The position numbers were made by a program, and so were the translations under genes. This document shows positions 11,901 to 24,875 of a stretch of DNA of 64,000 bases, one piece after another; within the stretch, counting starts at the first letter, position 1; each line of letters begins with the position of its first letter. Source of the stretch: Squalus acanthias (taxonomy: Eukaryota); assembly GCA_030390025.1 (NCBI GenBank), contig JASTWF010000070.1:930001-994000 (forward strand). Reading direction: 5' to 3'. The notes under the pieces were generated by a model. That model was given only the letters and a program-made list of their open reading frames with translations, did no database searches and was not told where the DNA came from.

Positions 11901-14900
11901 CGTGGTCTCGAATCCGTCAATTTCTGATCGCTGATCGTGTTGCCTGATATAAAGAGAAACTTAATCTAAGTCTAAATGCACACATTTCACACTGAACCGG
12001 CCCACTAACATGTAATGAGCAAATGACACAATAAATGGATTGATTGGGAGCGCCGTGGAGTTGGAGCGCCTCCCGACAACCGCTACCTGACCGCCGGTTC
12101 CTGCAGCTCCTTCCCGCGGCGACAATAACCATCAGCAGAAGCAGAAGCGCCGCCGCCGAACTCCCGTAAAGCAGTACTCTGCAGTTGGTTTGTTGCGGGC
12201 ACACTGAAGAAAGAACAAAAACCTTTTATTTAAAAACATATCCGTAACCCGAGCCTTCTGGTTCTCGCAGAAAGTTCAAAGAGGCCCAACACCACATTCT
12301 CAAACACTAGGGAGGGAGAATCAATGCCAGACTTACCAGCGTCACCCACATCACGAGAACACATTAAAAATGTTGCTGAAAAATCACTAGATAAGTGAAG
12401 ATAAANNNNNNNNNNNNNNNNNNNNNNNNNNNNNNNNNNNNNNNNNNNNNNNNNNNNNNNNNNNNNNNNNNNNNNNNNNNNNNNNNNNNNNNNNNNNNNN
12501 NNNNNNNNNNNNNNNNNNNNNNNNNNNNNNNNNNNNNNNNNNNNNNNNNNNNNNNNNNNNNNNNNNNNNNNNNNNNNNNNNNNNNNNNNNNNNNNNNNNN
12601 NNNNNNNNNNNNNNNNNNNNNNNNNNNNNNNGCCAGGCAGACAAATAGACAGACAGAACTATATAACCATGAATCTATCGAAGGGTGGGACAAAGAAGGA
12701 GACTGAAAGGCCCTCCATGTTTGTGCCGGCTCTTTGCTAGATGGATCCAAAACTAATCCCATTGCCCGGCTCTCTCTCCATATTCCTGTATCAATCCAAA
12801 ACGAATCCCAAAGCCCACTCTGTCCCCTGGGATGCACCACTTCCAATCCTTCGCCAATCCGAGAAATACCCATTTACCCTATCTCCTTATGTTTTGAATG
12901 TCATCTAACTTTCCATCCATGCTGCCACATCTCCTTCACACCAAACCCCTACATTGTTTCCCAACAGCCTTCTTGTGCGACACTTTATCAAACGCCTCCT
13001 GGAATTCCATACACGTTACATCTACTGCAATCCCTTTAACTATCCAATCGGTCCGTTCCACGAAAGCTCTTTTAAATTTGTTAAACACGACTCCACTTTC
13101 ACAAATCGCTGCTGGTTGTCCTTAACTAGCCCAGCCATTTTTAAATGCTCACCACAGTCAGTTCAAATTACGGATTCTAAGAGTTTGTCCGCAACTCATC
13201 TGATATATGGTAGCCCAAGTGACACCTTTCTCCTCTCTTAGATGAAACGTTAGATAGAATCCGTTTGGGTAGTAAGAATAAGGACATCACATACTCCTTG
13301 GAAAATAAGTGTCTAAATGGAGTAGAGGAGCAGGGAGATCTGGAGGTACAGATACTCAAATCACTAAAAGTAGCGACGCAGGTTAATAAGGCCATAACAT
13401 TGCAAACCAAGCACTGGGGTTCATTTCTAGAGGGATAGAATTGAAAAGCAGAGAAGTTATGTTCAATTTCTGTAGAACCTTGGTTGGACCACACTTGGAA
13501 TACTGTGAACATTTCTGGGTTCCATATTATAAAGAGGATATAGAGACACTGGAGAAGATACAAAATCATTGACTCGGATGATACCAGAATTGAGACGTTA
13601 TGCCTATCAGGAAATATTGAACAGGCTGGGGCTCTTTTCTCTACAAAAGTGAAGACTGAGAGGTGACCTGATAGAGGACTTTAGATTATGAAAGGGTTTA
13701 CATCGGATTACATGGGATATACGGCACAGAAACAGGCCATTCGGCCCAACCAGTCCATGCCGGCATGTATGCTCCACTCGAGCCTCCTCCCGTCTTTCCT
13801 CATCTAAATCTATCAGCTTATCCCTCTATTTTCGACTCCCTTACATGCTTGTCCAGCCTCCCCCTCTAAATGCATCTCTACTATTCGCTTCAACCACTCC
13901 TTGTGGTAGCGAGTTCCACATTCTCACCACTCTATGGGTAAAGAGGTTTGTCCTGAATTCCCTATTGAATTTCTTGGTGACTATCTTATATTGATGGCCT
14001 TTAGTTATGCTCTTCCCCACAAGTGGAAACATTGTCTCTCTATCTACTCTATCAAAAACTTTGACAGGGTCGACGTAGAGAAAATGTTTCCCTTGAGGTG
14101 CGGTGTGGACCAGAACTAGGCGCCATAAATACAACATAGTCACTATTAAAGCCAATTGGGAATTCTGGACAAACTTCTTTACCCAGAGAGTGGTGAGAAT
14201 GTGGAACTCGCAACCCCAGGGAGTGTCTGAATCGAAAAGTATAGATGCATTTAAGGGGAAGTCAGATAAATACATGAGGGAGAAACGAATAGATGGATAT
14301 TGATGGGTTTATAATGAAGTGGGATGGGAGGGGACTCGTGAGGAGCATAAACACCAGCACGGACCTGTTGGACCGAATGGCCTGTCTCTGTGCTGCACAT
14401 ACTGTGTAATACAGATACCTACATACAGGCATCGAGAGAGAAAGTGATAAACTGGAAATGGCAATTATATTTTCCAATTTTACCAATGGACAGCTCAGAC
14501 CAAGACATTCTCTCCGACCATATACGTATGGCCGAGCTAAACAGATGGACTTTATAATTCAGAAAGCTCAACACTGCTACATTGAGAGGGGTAAATGATA
14601 GGGTAATTCTACATGGAGAGGCAGAAAGGGAGAGACTTTGAATGTATAAAGTGATATTGCTAACAATTAACTCTTACATCAGCATGGAAGATATTAGTAA
14701 AGGGTCACTGCCACTAGTTACCTCTCTGAGATGAGACACTTTCACTGATCAAATCCCCAGGGGAGTTGATTGGAACGGCGCAAGTACAGACAGCGCCGCT
14801 GCACCAAGTTTCCACCGAGACGCTGATGTGACTCCTGACAGTGTAGGTCCCGTCCGGGTCTATTGTCCCGGAATCGCTCGGTCCCTCGGTAACCCGTCCG

Positions 14901-16112
14901 GAAACATTCCAGCGAATGGGAAGGGAATCGGGAGACAGGCTTTTCACCAAACACATCAATGGGACCCTTTCAAGCGAGGGAATTTCATCCGGCGGCGGTG
15001 CTAAGAGAAAGATTTCCGGAGACCCTGGGAGTTTGGGAGGTTAAGATACCATTACTATTCGACGCAAAATTCGTCGTTATTTATGATGAAATGAGTAAAA
15101 CAATTGCAATTCTAACCTGCAATGAGCATTGTCGAGCCTTTTCCGAATATCAAGGGCATTCCGCTATATTTCTTAGCTGCGCAGTAATACACCCCCGAAT
15201 CATTCCTCTGGACATCTTTCACAATCAGAGAGTAAATACTGGATTCGTCGTTAACTTTTCCGGAAAATCTTCCTTCAGGAGGGATGTGCTTCCACACGGT
15301 GTAAACCAGCTGTAGATGCTCTCGGTGCTGCCGCTTATACCAGTGCACTGCTCCTGCTTTCAACCAACCCGTGTGACAATCCATGTTAAAGATACTTCCA
15401 ACGGAAACAGTCTTAACTGGAGGATTCTGGCGGAAAACTTCCTGACAGACAATAACTGAGAGAAAAACATATTCACAAGAGGGTCTGTTACACGGCAGAA
15501 ATAAACACCGCTTCCTAAAAAGAAACGGGTACAGCGGTAAACTGTGAATAGGACCATTCGATCATTAATGATTATGGATACTAATATCCAAATGATGGGG
15601 GTTAAATTTGAGTCTATAACAGTAGAAAGAATGAAAGGAAGAAAGAAAAGAAGAAAGATCTTTACAGCCAATGAATTACCTTTTGCAGTGTAGTCACTGT
15701 TGTAATGTAGGAAACGCGGCAACCAAATTGCGCACAGAAAGCTCCCACAAACAGCAATGTGATAATGACCAGGTAATCTGTGATGTTGATTGAGGAATAT
15801 AATATTGGCCCCAGGACACCGGGTAGAACTCCCCTGCTCTCCTTCCAATAGTAGCCGCGGGATCATTTCCCTACAGCTGAGAGAGCAGACGGGGCATCCG
15901 ATAGATGGAAAATATTGACATTTGGTCTAATTTCATTCGCCTGAGATAATCCAATCCATCAACATGACTCTGATATTACAGAATACAGCGCGCTATCTTC
16001 TACTTGTCTGACTCTTTCAATGATCATACGCTTGAACTCCGTCATGTATTAGAAGCACATAAGACTGACCTGGAAAGAGATGGAACAGCACGCAGGGAGT
16101 TAAGAAGCTCAT
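8974..16112 (-). CDS. Gene B copy 1 (complete): non-rearranging VJ-C1-TM receptor with ITIM/ITSM-like tail, PRARP/VJC1-like, 301 aa
   Basis: Six in-phase exons: 16070-16112 leader MSFLTPCVLFHLFP; 15117-15455 VJ ([39 protein letters not shown]); 14722-15024 C1 ([39 protein letters not shown]); 12087-12203 stalk+[41 protein letters not shown]; 11885-11943; 8974-9018 [14 protein letters not shown]. Total 906 nt. The V donor is a weaker GTTAGA. Confidence 0.85.
9735..11856 (+). mobile_element. CR1 LINE, 5'-truncated, RT-encoding; in the last intron of gene B copy 1
   Basis: ORFs 10167-10487, 10481-10789 and 10744-11754 (KSPGPD, GVPKGSVLGP, FVDDTKL); tail (TTTCTATG)n; absent at the homologous site ~54968. 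Confidence 0.95.
12406..12631. other. N run (others at 2039-2187, 46902-47120 and 55507-55719)
   Basis: N runs fall at homologous intronic positions in both duplicate copies. Confidence 0.95.
13245..14410. mobile_element. Cluster of CR1 fragments in both orientations in the gene B C1-TM intron (paralog ~56290-57460)
   Basis: CR1 motifs [12 protein letters not shown] on both strands. Confidence 0.8.
14722..15024 (-). CDS. Gene B copy 1 C1 exon
   Basis: ORF 14714-14959, extended in frame to the acceptor at 15025-15026. Confidence 0.9.
15117..15455 (-). CDS. Gene B copy 1 VJ exon
   Basis: ORF 15112-15384; V-set motifs and FGKG J motif in one exon. Confidence 0.9.
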
Positions 16113-16470
16113 TGTCTGCGACCGAGGCGATTGCTGTGAGCTGCACACTGAACACTTTGCTGGGATATCTTTGCGCTGGGCCCGGCTCGCAAGAGATGTG
16201 AAAAGCAGAGCTGCGGAAATTGCGTGCTTGCGTTTTAAAATTAGCAGGCCTGGAAAATACAGTGTAATGTCAAGGCTCGCTGCGGGTTTCCTGTTGACAC
16301 GTTAAACGCCCACGCACAGGTCTGCCTGCAAAGGGCAATGCATTCCAGCTCGTGTTAAACAGGCGTGAAAGGCGGCGTGCAGTGCAGGCTGATTAAACAG
16401 TGAACTGAAGGCAGGCAGTGCTGAATTGCACGCACCGGATTGGTTGTGTAATTCGCGTGGGCGCGAGGAC
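16113..16470 (-). promoter_or_regulatory. Gene B promoter region (paralogs at ~59207-59565 and, diverged, ~39230-39400)
   Basis: CpG-rich block directly 5' of the leader. The motifs AAGAGATGTG, TGCGGAAA, CTGGAAAATA and TTTCCTGTT are kept in order in all three copies. Confidence 0.55.
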
Positions 16471-16587
16471 ATGATTCTATTCCGAGTGTTGCTTCTTATT
16501 GTTCCAGAACCCATTCATTCATACACCCTTACTTGTATCAACAAAAATAGACCAGATTGAAGAAAGTGCAATCATCTGTTATTATAC

Positions 16588-17703
16588 CAGCCGCGGCTCA
16601 GTGGGCAGCACTCTCGCCTCCGAGTCAGAAGGTCGTGGGTTCATAGTTCCACTTCAGAGACTTGAGCACAAAAATCTATGCCGACAGTCCAGTGCCAGGA
16701 TTGGGACGTGCTATAAGGGGTGACAGTCTTTCTTTCTTTAACTGTTTCACCCAGGATCTGAACGCCACCTGTCTCTTTGATGCAGAATTTGATCCTGTTA
16801 CTCATTATGTGTCAGCCGTGGCTCAGTGGGACGGAATCTCGCTCTGAGGTAGAAGGTCAGAGATTTGTTCAGGTCCCACTCCAGCGACTTGAGCACATAA
16901 TCCAGGCCGACACTCCCAGTGCGGTACTGAGGGAGTGCTGCACTGTCGGAGGGTCAGTACTGAGGGATTGCCGCACTGTCGGAGGGTCTGTACTGAGGGA
17001 GCTCTGCACTGTCGGAAGGGCAGTACTGATGGAGTGCCGCACTGTCGGAGCGTCAGTACTGAGAGAGCGCCGCACCATCGGAGGGGCAGTACTGAGGGAG
17101 CGCCGCACTTTCGGAGGGGCAGTATTGAGAGAGCGCTGCACTGTTGGAGGGGCAGTACTGAGGGAGCGCCGCACTGTCGGAAGAGTAATACTGAGGGAGC
17201 GCCGAACTCTCGGAGGAGCATTACTGAGGGAGCGCTACACTTTCGGAGGGGCTGTACTGAGGAAGCGCAACACTGTCGGAGGGGCAGTACTGAGTGCGCG
17301 CTGCACTGTCGGAGGGGCAGTACTGATGGAGTGCCGCACTGTCGGAGCGTCAGTACTGAGGAGTAGCCGCACTGTTGGAGGGGCGGTACTGAGGGAGCGC
17401 CGCACTCTCGGAAGAGCAGTCCTGAGGGAGCGCCGAACTGTCGGAGGGACAGTACTGAGGGAGCGCTGCACTTTCGGAGGGGCAGTACTGAAATGTCTCC
17501 GCACTGTTGGAGGGGGCCGACTTTCGGATTCAACGTTAAGCCGAGGCCCCGTCTTCTCTCTCAGGTGGCTGTGAAAGATCCCAGGGCCACTATTGTAAGA
17601 AGAGCAGGGGATTTCTCGTCGGTGTCCTGGGCCAATATTTATACGTCAGTCAGCATTAATAAAAGAGATGTCCTGCTGATTATCACACTGCTGTTTTTGG
17701 GAG
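16588..17703 (+). mobile_element. DeuSINE heads plus a SINE with an internally expanded 30-bp minisatellite
   Basis: About 20 units of GCAGTACTGAGGGAGCGCCGCACTGTCGGAGGG-like sequence at 16920-17515; accounts for ORFs 16777-17574 and 16823-17533. Confidence 0.88.
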
Positions 17704-18469
17704 TTTGATTGCATTCAATGTCTTGCAACACATTCTTGTTGTGTCAGACACTTTGTCTGAGCAATCAAACACTGCATTAATATAGAATACCTTAACTTTG
17801 ATAAAGATTGAATCAAATTTGCCAATATTACATTTGGTGTATCAAACTAAAATGAGGTTGGACCCTTTGGTATTTTGCACATAGGTAGTTGGTGATCACC
17901 CCCTTCGACTGGGATGAATGGGAAAGGGTTTCGGACACTGGAATTATGCAAAATGAGAATTAACTGATAGTTTTTCCCGTTGCATTCAAAAGCAATCAAT
18001 TAAAAAGACTTGTGTCCATCGGAGTTCCTTGTAATGGGAGTGAGTGCGGGGAAGGGTCGCTCCCTTTGAATTCTATACATGTAAAATGAGCAGCAAGAGA
18101 GTTTGTGTATTGAGGTTCTATATAATTACAACGAATGGACAGTTTGTTAATTAAATTAGAATCACGCCGCTCAGGAAGCACTTCTTCACACAAAGGGTAG
18201 TGAAAATCTGGAACTCTCTCCCCCAAAAAGCTGTGGAGGCTGGGGATCAATTGCAAATTTCAAAACTGAGATCGGAAGATTTTTGTTGGGTGAGGGTATT
18301 AAGGGTCACAGAACCAAGGCGGTTAAATGGAGTTAAGATACAGATCAGCCATAATCTGATTGAGTTGTGGGACAGGCTCGACGGGCTGAATGGCCTCCTC
18401 CTATTCCTATGTTCATGGACTTTAATCTTTGTATCAAACCTGTACGGAGTCGGCACGAAAGTAGCAAAA

Positions 18470-18730
18470 ACCCCATTACTGCAAATTCAAAGTTTATTGA
18501 AAGGACACAGTCTCCTTACTGTGTTTGGTCAGTGGTGTTTCCTCGAACCGGATTGCTATTTTCTGGGATGTTTCCGGACAGGGTTACAGAGCGACGCACC
18601 GAATCCCGGTACAATAGACCCGGACGGGACCGACAGCAACAGAAGTCACATCAGTGTCTCGGTGCAAACTTGGAGCAGCGGCGCTGTCTGTACTTTGTGC
18701 TGTTCCACTAGGCTTCTCCAGCTAAAATAT
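18470..18730 (+). pseudogene. Degenerate C1 exon of a third VJ-C1 family member
   Basis: KDTVSLLCLVSGVSSNRIAIFWDVSGQ /frameshifts/ GTIDPDGTDSNRSHISVSVQTWSSGAVCT; clear homology to the gene A and B C1 exons; no V exon seen. Confidence 0.8.
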
Positions 18731-21700
18731 GGAGAAGAACGTGTCGCGGAAAACTGTAGAGAAAGCCAGGAAAGAGTGAGAGATGTGTAAAAGACTCTTT
18801 CACTGCAATCCCTTCACTACATCGAATTGCATAGAATGTGCAGCACAGAAACAGGCCATTCGGCCCAACATGTCCATGCCGGTGTTTATGCTTCACACGA
18901 GCCTCCTCCCATCCCTTTTCATCTCATCCTATCACCATATCCTTCTATTGCTTTCTGCCTCACGTGTTTATCTAACTTCTCCTTAAATGCATCTATGCTA
19001 TTTGCCTCAACCACTCCCTGTGGTAGCGAGTTCCACATTCTAACCACACTGTGTAAAAAAAAGTTTCTCCTCAATTCCCTATTGGATTTTTTAGTGACTA
19101 TCTTATATTGATAGCCCCTAGTTCTGGTCTCCCCCAGAAGTGGAAAATCTCCTCTATGTCTACCCTATCAAACCCTTTCATAATCTTAAAGACCTCTGTC
19201 AGCTCACCCCTCAGCCTTCTCCTTTCTAGAGAAAAGAACCCCAGCCTGTTCAATCTTGCCTGATAGTTATAATCTATAAACAGGGATGGACAATTAATGG
19301 AGACTGAATAAACGGAGTTCAACTGGGTGCTGTCTAAAATCCACATTTCTTAATTCCCAGAATTATCCAGGTAACAAATTATTCACAGGACTGAATCCAG
19401 GTAAATAAGATGAACTCGCAGCATAATTCAGTGTAAAATCAAATGGCCATGTTTTAGGTAACTGTTTGATAAACCTTTACATCTGAATAATATACTTTTT
19501 AAAATAACAACTTATGCCAGAAAATAGCAGTAAGAGTGTGTACCTCTTGGCTGGGGAGTCTATAACCAGGGGTCACAGTCTCAGAATAAGGTGTCGGCCA
19601 TTTAGGACTGAGATGAGGGGAAATTTCTTCACTCAGAGGGTGGTGAATCTTTGGAATTCTCTACCCCAGAGGGTTGTAGAGGCTCAGTCGTTGCGTATAT
19701 TCAAGATATAGATCGATAGATTTGTGAATATTAAGGGAATCAAGGGTTATGGGTATAGTTCTGGAAAGTGCAGATGAGGTAGAAGATTAGCCATGATCTT
19801 TTTGAATGGCGGAGCAGGCTCAAAGGGCGGAATGGTCTACTCCTGCCCCTATTTCATATGTTCTTATGTACCACGCTGTAATTCACAAACTCCCACCATC
19901 AAAGTGCTTGAATATTTCATAATAACAATGTGAAACAACATTCATTTTTTCGCTCTGAATCCCAACGACTCAATAATTATTTCCAGTCAATTAGTCTCAA
20001 AATAGATTAATGATTCAATTTTTATATAGCTGAAACTTAAATCTGAATGTGGTCGTTCATTTAACCAAACGCCCCCTGGAGGTACCATGTGATAAGGGTG
20101 TGTGTGTCGGATGGCGCTTCTCTGTCACCCCCTGGCGGCTCCTTTTCACTCTTCAGAGCTGAGGTTTGGAAGCAGCGTGAGCACCACTTCCTTCCTGTGA
20201 TTCCCAGATATATTGCAATGTTCAATGGACAATGATACCTAAAATGCACAATCAATTCAGGACTTCAGTGGAGCCCGTAGTGGTAGAGCGGTCGTTCGGA
20301 GTAAATTTGGTTCTGGGATGCTGGTATCCCAGTCTCTGTAAAGGAGAATAATCAGGGGTGCAAACTCTGTTGGCCTGTATCCTAACTCGCACCAAGTCCC
20401 ATTCAGCCATCACCCCCTGTGCTCGCTGACCTACATTGGCTCCCGGTCCGGCAACACAGCACTCTTCTCAGGGGTCTGGTTGGGCCAGAATTCCCGATTA
20501 GTATTCCAAGTTACTGCGAGATGGAAACTGATTCGTATTCTGGCTAACTTTTGAGTATAGAAGCCCCCCACATAAGACATGGGAGATATCCCAGCCCTAG
20601 GTCAGCTTCAGAGTAGAGTCAAAAACCTTCAGGAGGTGGAATTACCATTAAAGACTGGAGAAATCTGGAGAGATTGGAGTAAAATCACTCACTGTTGAGC
20701 ATATGGAAGCATATGCACTAAACGGCACAAGAGACCAAACCAAACGCTACTGCGGCCAAAAAGGGTGAGATTTGCACACACTAGGCTAAAATCCACTTGA
20801 ATACAGAAGATTAAGTGCGATCTAATTGAGCTGCTTAAGATGATTAAAGGATTCGATAGGGTAGAGAGAGAGAAACTATTTCCTCTGGTGAGGGGGGGGG
20901 GGGGGGGCGGGGGGAGTCCAGAACAAGGAGGCATCACCTTAAAATTAGAGCCAGGCCGTTCAGGGGTGATGTCAGGAAGCACTTCTTCACACAAAGGAAA
21001 TCTGGAAATCTGTCGCACAAAAAGTTGTTGAGGCTGGGGGTCAATTGAAAATAGCAAAACTCAGATTTGATAGTTTTTAGTTGGGTAAGGGTATTAAGGG
21101 TTACGGAACCAAGACAGGTAGATGGAGTTAAGATACAGATCAGCCATGATCTAATTGAATTGCGGAACAGGCTCGAGGAGCTGAATGGTCTCCTCCTGTT
21201 CCTGTGATCCTAACTGGGAAAATAAGGTGCACGATTCTCTGCCTGAACTATGGGTGTGTTGATTCTGAGGCAGTCTCTTATGTATCACTGTTACCGTCTG
21301 TCGTGCGGATTATCTCACTGACCGTAACTGTATATGTACCAGTGGGAGGGGTGAGGTGGGTCGGGGTACCGATTAGTAACGTCAATACTGAGCTCTCCCC
21401 CAGTCTGAATTAAAATAGCGCCAAACCGTGTGTAGCTGGGAAATGCCAGGATGACCCCGCTCTGCTGGCTCCAGATCACATCTGGCTGAAGCTGACAACA
21501 TCTGAAATCGAGGTGGCCGAGCTTGTCACCTGTACCTGAATGTGGTCTCCATGTAGTGTTTTGGAACTTTAAACAAGGGAATCTTTTCCCGGGGAGAGCA
21601 CGCTCTCACCACAGACTCGCCACCCTCGCCCATTGATTCCACCACCTTCCCGGTCTCAATCGACCCAGACTGTTCGCAATCTCAGGGCCTTATTGCACTA

Positions 21701-22971
21701 ATATCTGAGTTCCCCGGCCCATGACCTGTCCGTCTCAAAGGCCGCCTACTTTCAAGTCGCTAACCTTTCCTGCCTTCCCCGCTAACTCAGTCCACCTGCC
21801 GTTAAACCCTCATCCAAGCCTTTGTTACCTCCTAACGTGACTTGTCCAATGCTCGCGGCACCCCTACCGAAGACTCTTGGTAATCTTGAGCTGATCCAGA
21901 ACTTTTCCGCCCGTAGCCCATCCCCCACAAGTCCCACTCACTCACCATCCACGGTCTTGCTGAACTGCAGGGACTGCTCATCCCCCAAGGCCCCCAGTTT
22001 AAAATTGTCATCCCCTTGTTCAAATCCGTTCATAGCTTCGCCCCTCCCTATCTCTGTAACCCCATCCATCACTATCTACCCCCAGCTCTCTGTGCCCCCC
22101 GAATCTGGCACTGGAGAAGGTGCAATAAAAGATTTACAAGGATGATACACAACTGAGAGGTTATAACTATCAGGAAAGACTGAAGTATGGAGCTCTTTTC
22201 TCTAGAAAAGAGGAGGCTGAGGGGTGACCTGATAGAGGTCTTAACGATTATGAAAGGGTTTGATGGGGTAGACATAGAGAAGATGTTTCCACTTGTGGGA
22301 AAGATCCAGAACTAGGGGCCATCAATATATGATAGATACTAAGAAATCCAATGGGGAATTCAGGAGAAACTGCTTTCCCCAGAGAGTGGTGAGAATGTGG
22401 AACTCACTACCACAGGGAATAGTTGAGGCGAAGAGCATAGCTGCATTTAATTGGACGCTAGATAAAAACATGAGGGAGAAGGGAATAGAGGATTATGCTG
22501 ATAGTGTTAGATGAGGAAGGATGGGATGAGGCGCGAGTGGAGTATAAACACCGGCATGGTCTGATTGGGCTGAAAGGCCTGTTTGTTCTTTACATTCTAT
22601 GTAATCCACTCAATGTCCCTTTAAGTGCTGAGTAGTGACGGACCACTTTAAGCTCGTGGCAGCATTTCATGTTTATTAAGAGCTGTGTTACACAAGTTCG
22701 CAATCACAATATGGTCACCGAAGAAAGGGAAATCTGTCCCCATTCTACACACAGCGAAAGTTTACACACAAGATATTGGGGACAGTTGCACAGAAATTTC
22801 CACAGAATCATTTCAGTCACTTCAGTTATTAAACATTTGCATTGTTTGCCAAAAACTGAAATTGCTGCAGCGATTACATTGCAAAAAAGGTAGATTGCAC
22901 ACATCGAATGATCTGTTTCATTGCATTAAACACGAGCAAAAATCAAACTTCCACTGCCAAATCGCACCGCC

Positions 22972-23300
22972 TCAGCCTGAACACGTGGAGGCGCTGATGG
23001 TCTTGAGAAGAGGCGAGCTCAGGGAGCCGTGGCTGACGCTGCAGGAATAGCTGGAACCCTTGTTCCAGGCGGCGGCGGGGACTCTCAGGTAACTGCTCAG
23101 GCTGTAGGTTTGATCGCTGTCCGGAGACACGGCGCCTGTCGTCACCCCGCTGTCTGTCTCTTGGCCAACCACGCTCCAGCGGAGCCGCACCAAGCCCGGC
23201 TTGAAGCGACTGGCCAGGCAGGAAAGAGTGGCCGATCCCGAGCCGATTTCTTCCGAGGAGGGAGGGAGGAGAAGAACCGAGAGGCTTCGATCCTCGCTGC
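22972..23300 (-). CDS. Ig light chain type I (sigma-cart) constant exon, open frame
   Basis: SSEDRSLSVLLLPPSSEEIGSGSATLSCLASRFKPGLVRLRWSV..DQTYSLSSYLRVPAAAWNKGSSYSCSVSHGSLSSPLLKTISASTCSG*; the near-terminal Cys would bond to the heavy chain; AATAAA on the minus strand at 22672-22677. Confidence 0.93.
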
Positions 23301-24097
23301 CTGTGGGTGGGGGGAGAGAAAATTCATTAGTTTATAGAATCATTCAGCAGTGGGACGCTCTGATCTGAAATCAAAGACGCCAAAGAACCCCCGAACAACA
23401 TTCACTTTAAAATAAATTACTGATTAATACAGGAGTTCCAATAAATTCTTAAATCTCTAATTCTTCTGCTCCTCTGCCAATTCTTGTCCCTACATTACAA
23501 CAGTGACTTGGTTCAAAAGTATTTCATTGGCTGTAAAGTGCTTAGGGACGTCGTGAGGTCGTGAAAGGAGCTGTAGAAATACAAGTCTCCCTTTCTTTCA
23601 TTCTTCCTTCCTTTCTTCCTTCTTTTCTTTCTTTGAATCTATCTTTCTTTCATTCTTTCTTTCTTTCTTTCTTTCTTTATTTCTTTCTATCTTGTAAAAT
23701 AACAACGGAAAATGCTGGAAATACAGACCGGGTCAGTCAGCATCTGTGAGGTGGAAAGATCAGTAACTGACCAGTTCAGGTGCAGGTTACACTCCCGGAA
23801 CCGCACTAACCTGTCTGTTCCCGTGACAGACACTGACCGAACGGGCCGTGTATTCCCAGCATTTTCTGATTTTATTTAATTTCCTATAATTGCAATTTTT
23901 TCCCTTTTTACTTGAATATAATAAAGCGTTTGATTGTCTTAAAATACGGTCAGTGTTAACTTTAAAGTGGTGAATTCACGGAGCTGTAATCCGCTTTTCA
24001 CCGATAGTCCACATATGTTCTGATACCTCAAACTGATGCAGCCCTTTCAAAGAGCCGCCACAGGCACGATGTGCCGAATGGCCTCCTGCATCATTCT

Positions 24098-24875
24098 CAT
24101 AGAGTCATAGAGTTATACAGCACGGATAGAGGCCCTTCGGCCCATCGTGTCCGCGCCGGCCATCAAGCCCTGTCTAATCTAATCCCATATTCCAGCATTT
24201 GGTCCGTAGCCTTGTATGCTATGGCATTTCAAGTGCTCATCCAAATGCTTCTTGAATGTTGTGAGGGTTCCTGCCTCCACAACCCTTTCAGGCAGTGAGT
24301 TCCAGACTCCAACCACCCTCTGGGTGAAAAAGTTCTTTCTTAAATCCCTTCTAAACCACCCGCCCTTTACCTTGAATCTATGCCCCCTTGTTATAGACCC
24401 CTCTACTAAGGGAAAAAGCTCCTTAGTATCCATCCTATCTATGCCCCTCATAATTTTGTACACCTCAATCATGTCCCCCCTCAGCCTCCTCTGCTCCAAG
24501 GAAAACAAACCCAATCTGCCCAGTATCTCTTCATAGCTGAAGCACTCCAGCCCGGGTAACATTCTGGTGAATCTCCTCTGCACCCTCTCCAAAGCGATCA
24601 CATCCTTCCTGTAGTGTGGCGACCAGAACTGCACACAGTATTCCAGATGTGGCCTAACCAGTGTTTTATACAGCTCCATCATAACCTCCTTGCTCTTATA
24701 TTCTATGCCTCGGCTAATAAATGCAGGTATCCCATATGCCTTTTTTACCACCTTATCCACCTGTTCCGCCGCCTTCAGGGATCTGTGTACTTGCACACCA
24801 AGATCCCTCTGACCCTCCGTCTTGCCTAGGTTCTTACCATTCATTGTGTATTCCCTTGCCTTGTTAGTCTCTCCA
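24098..24875 (-). mobile_element. CR1 LINE 3' fragment in the IgL J-C intron
   Basis: ORF 24179-24844 ([29 protein letters not shown]). Confidence 0.92.

Larger units (their letters stand above)
1..21240 (+). repeat. Segmental tandem duplication, copy 1
   Basis: Colinear with 44949-64000 from the first bases (ATTAAAATTATGGGGCA) to the last (ACGATTCTCT); roughly 90% identical by eye, with TE indels. Confidence 0.95.

Noticed and set aside
12364-12873. ORFs spanning N runs and (CA)n tracts
   Set aside because: Artefacts of unknown bases and microsatellites; the N runs are intronic and the exon phases close without them
14722-16112. Calling gene A or B a TCR chain, NAR-TCR, IgL or NITR
   Set aside because: No RSS, no charged CD3-binding TM residues, long tyrosine-motif tails, and a C1 rather than I/C2 second domain
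16777-17574. 265-aa and 236-aa repetitive ORFs
   Set aside because: Translations of the 30-bp SINE-derived minisatellite; not kept in the paralog
20255-20360. Possible decayed TM exon of the pseudo-C1 gene (paralog ~62950-63050)
   Set aside because: Only an acceptor-like site and weak hydrophobicity; no convincing homology
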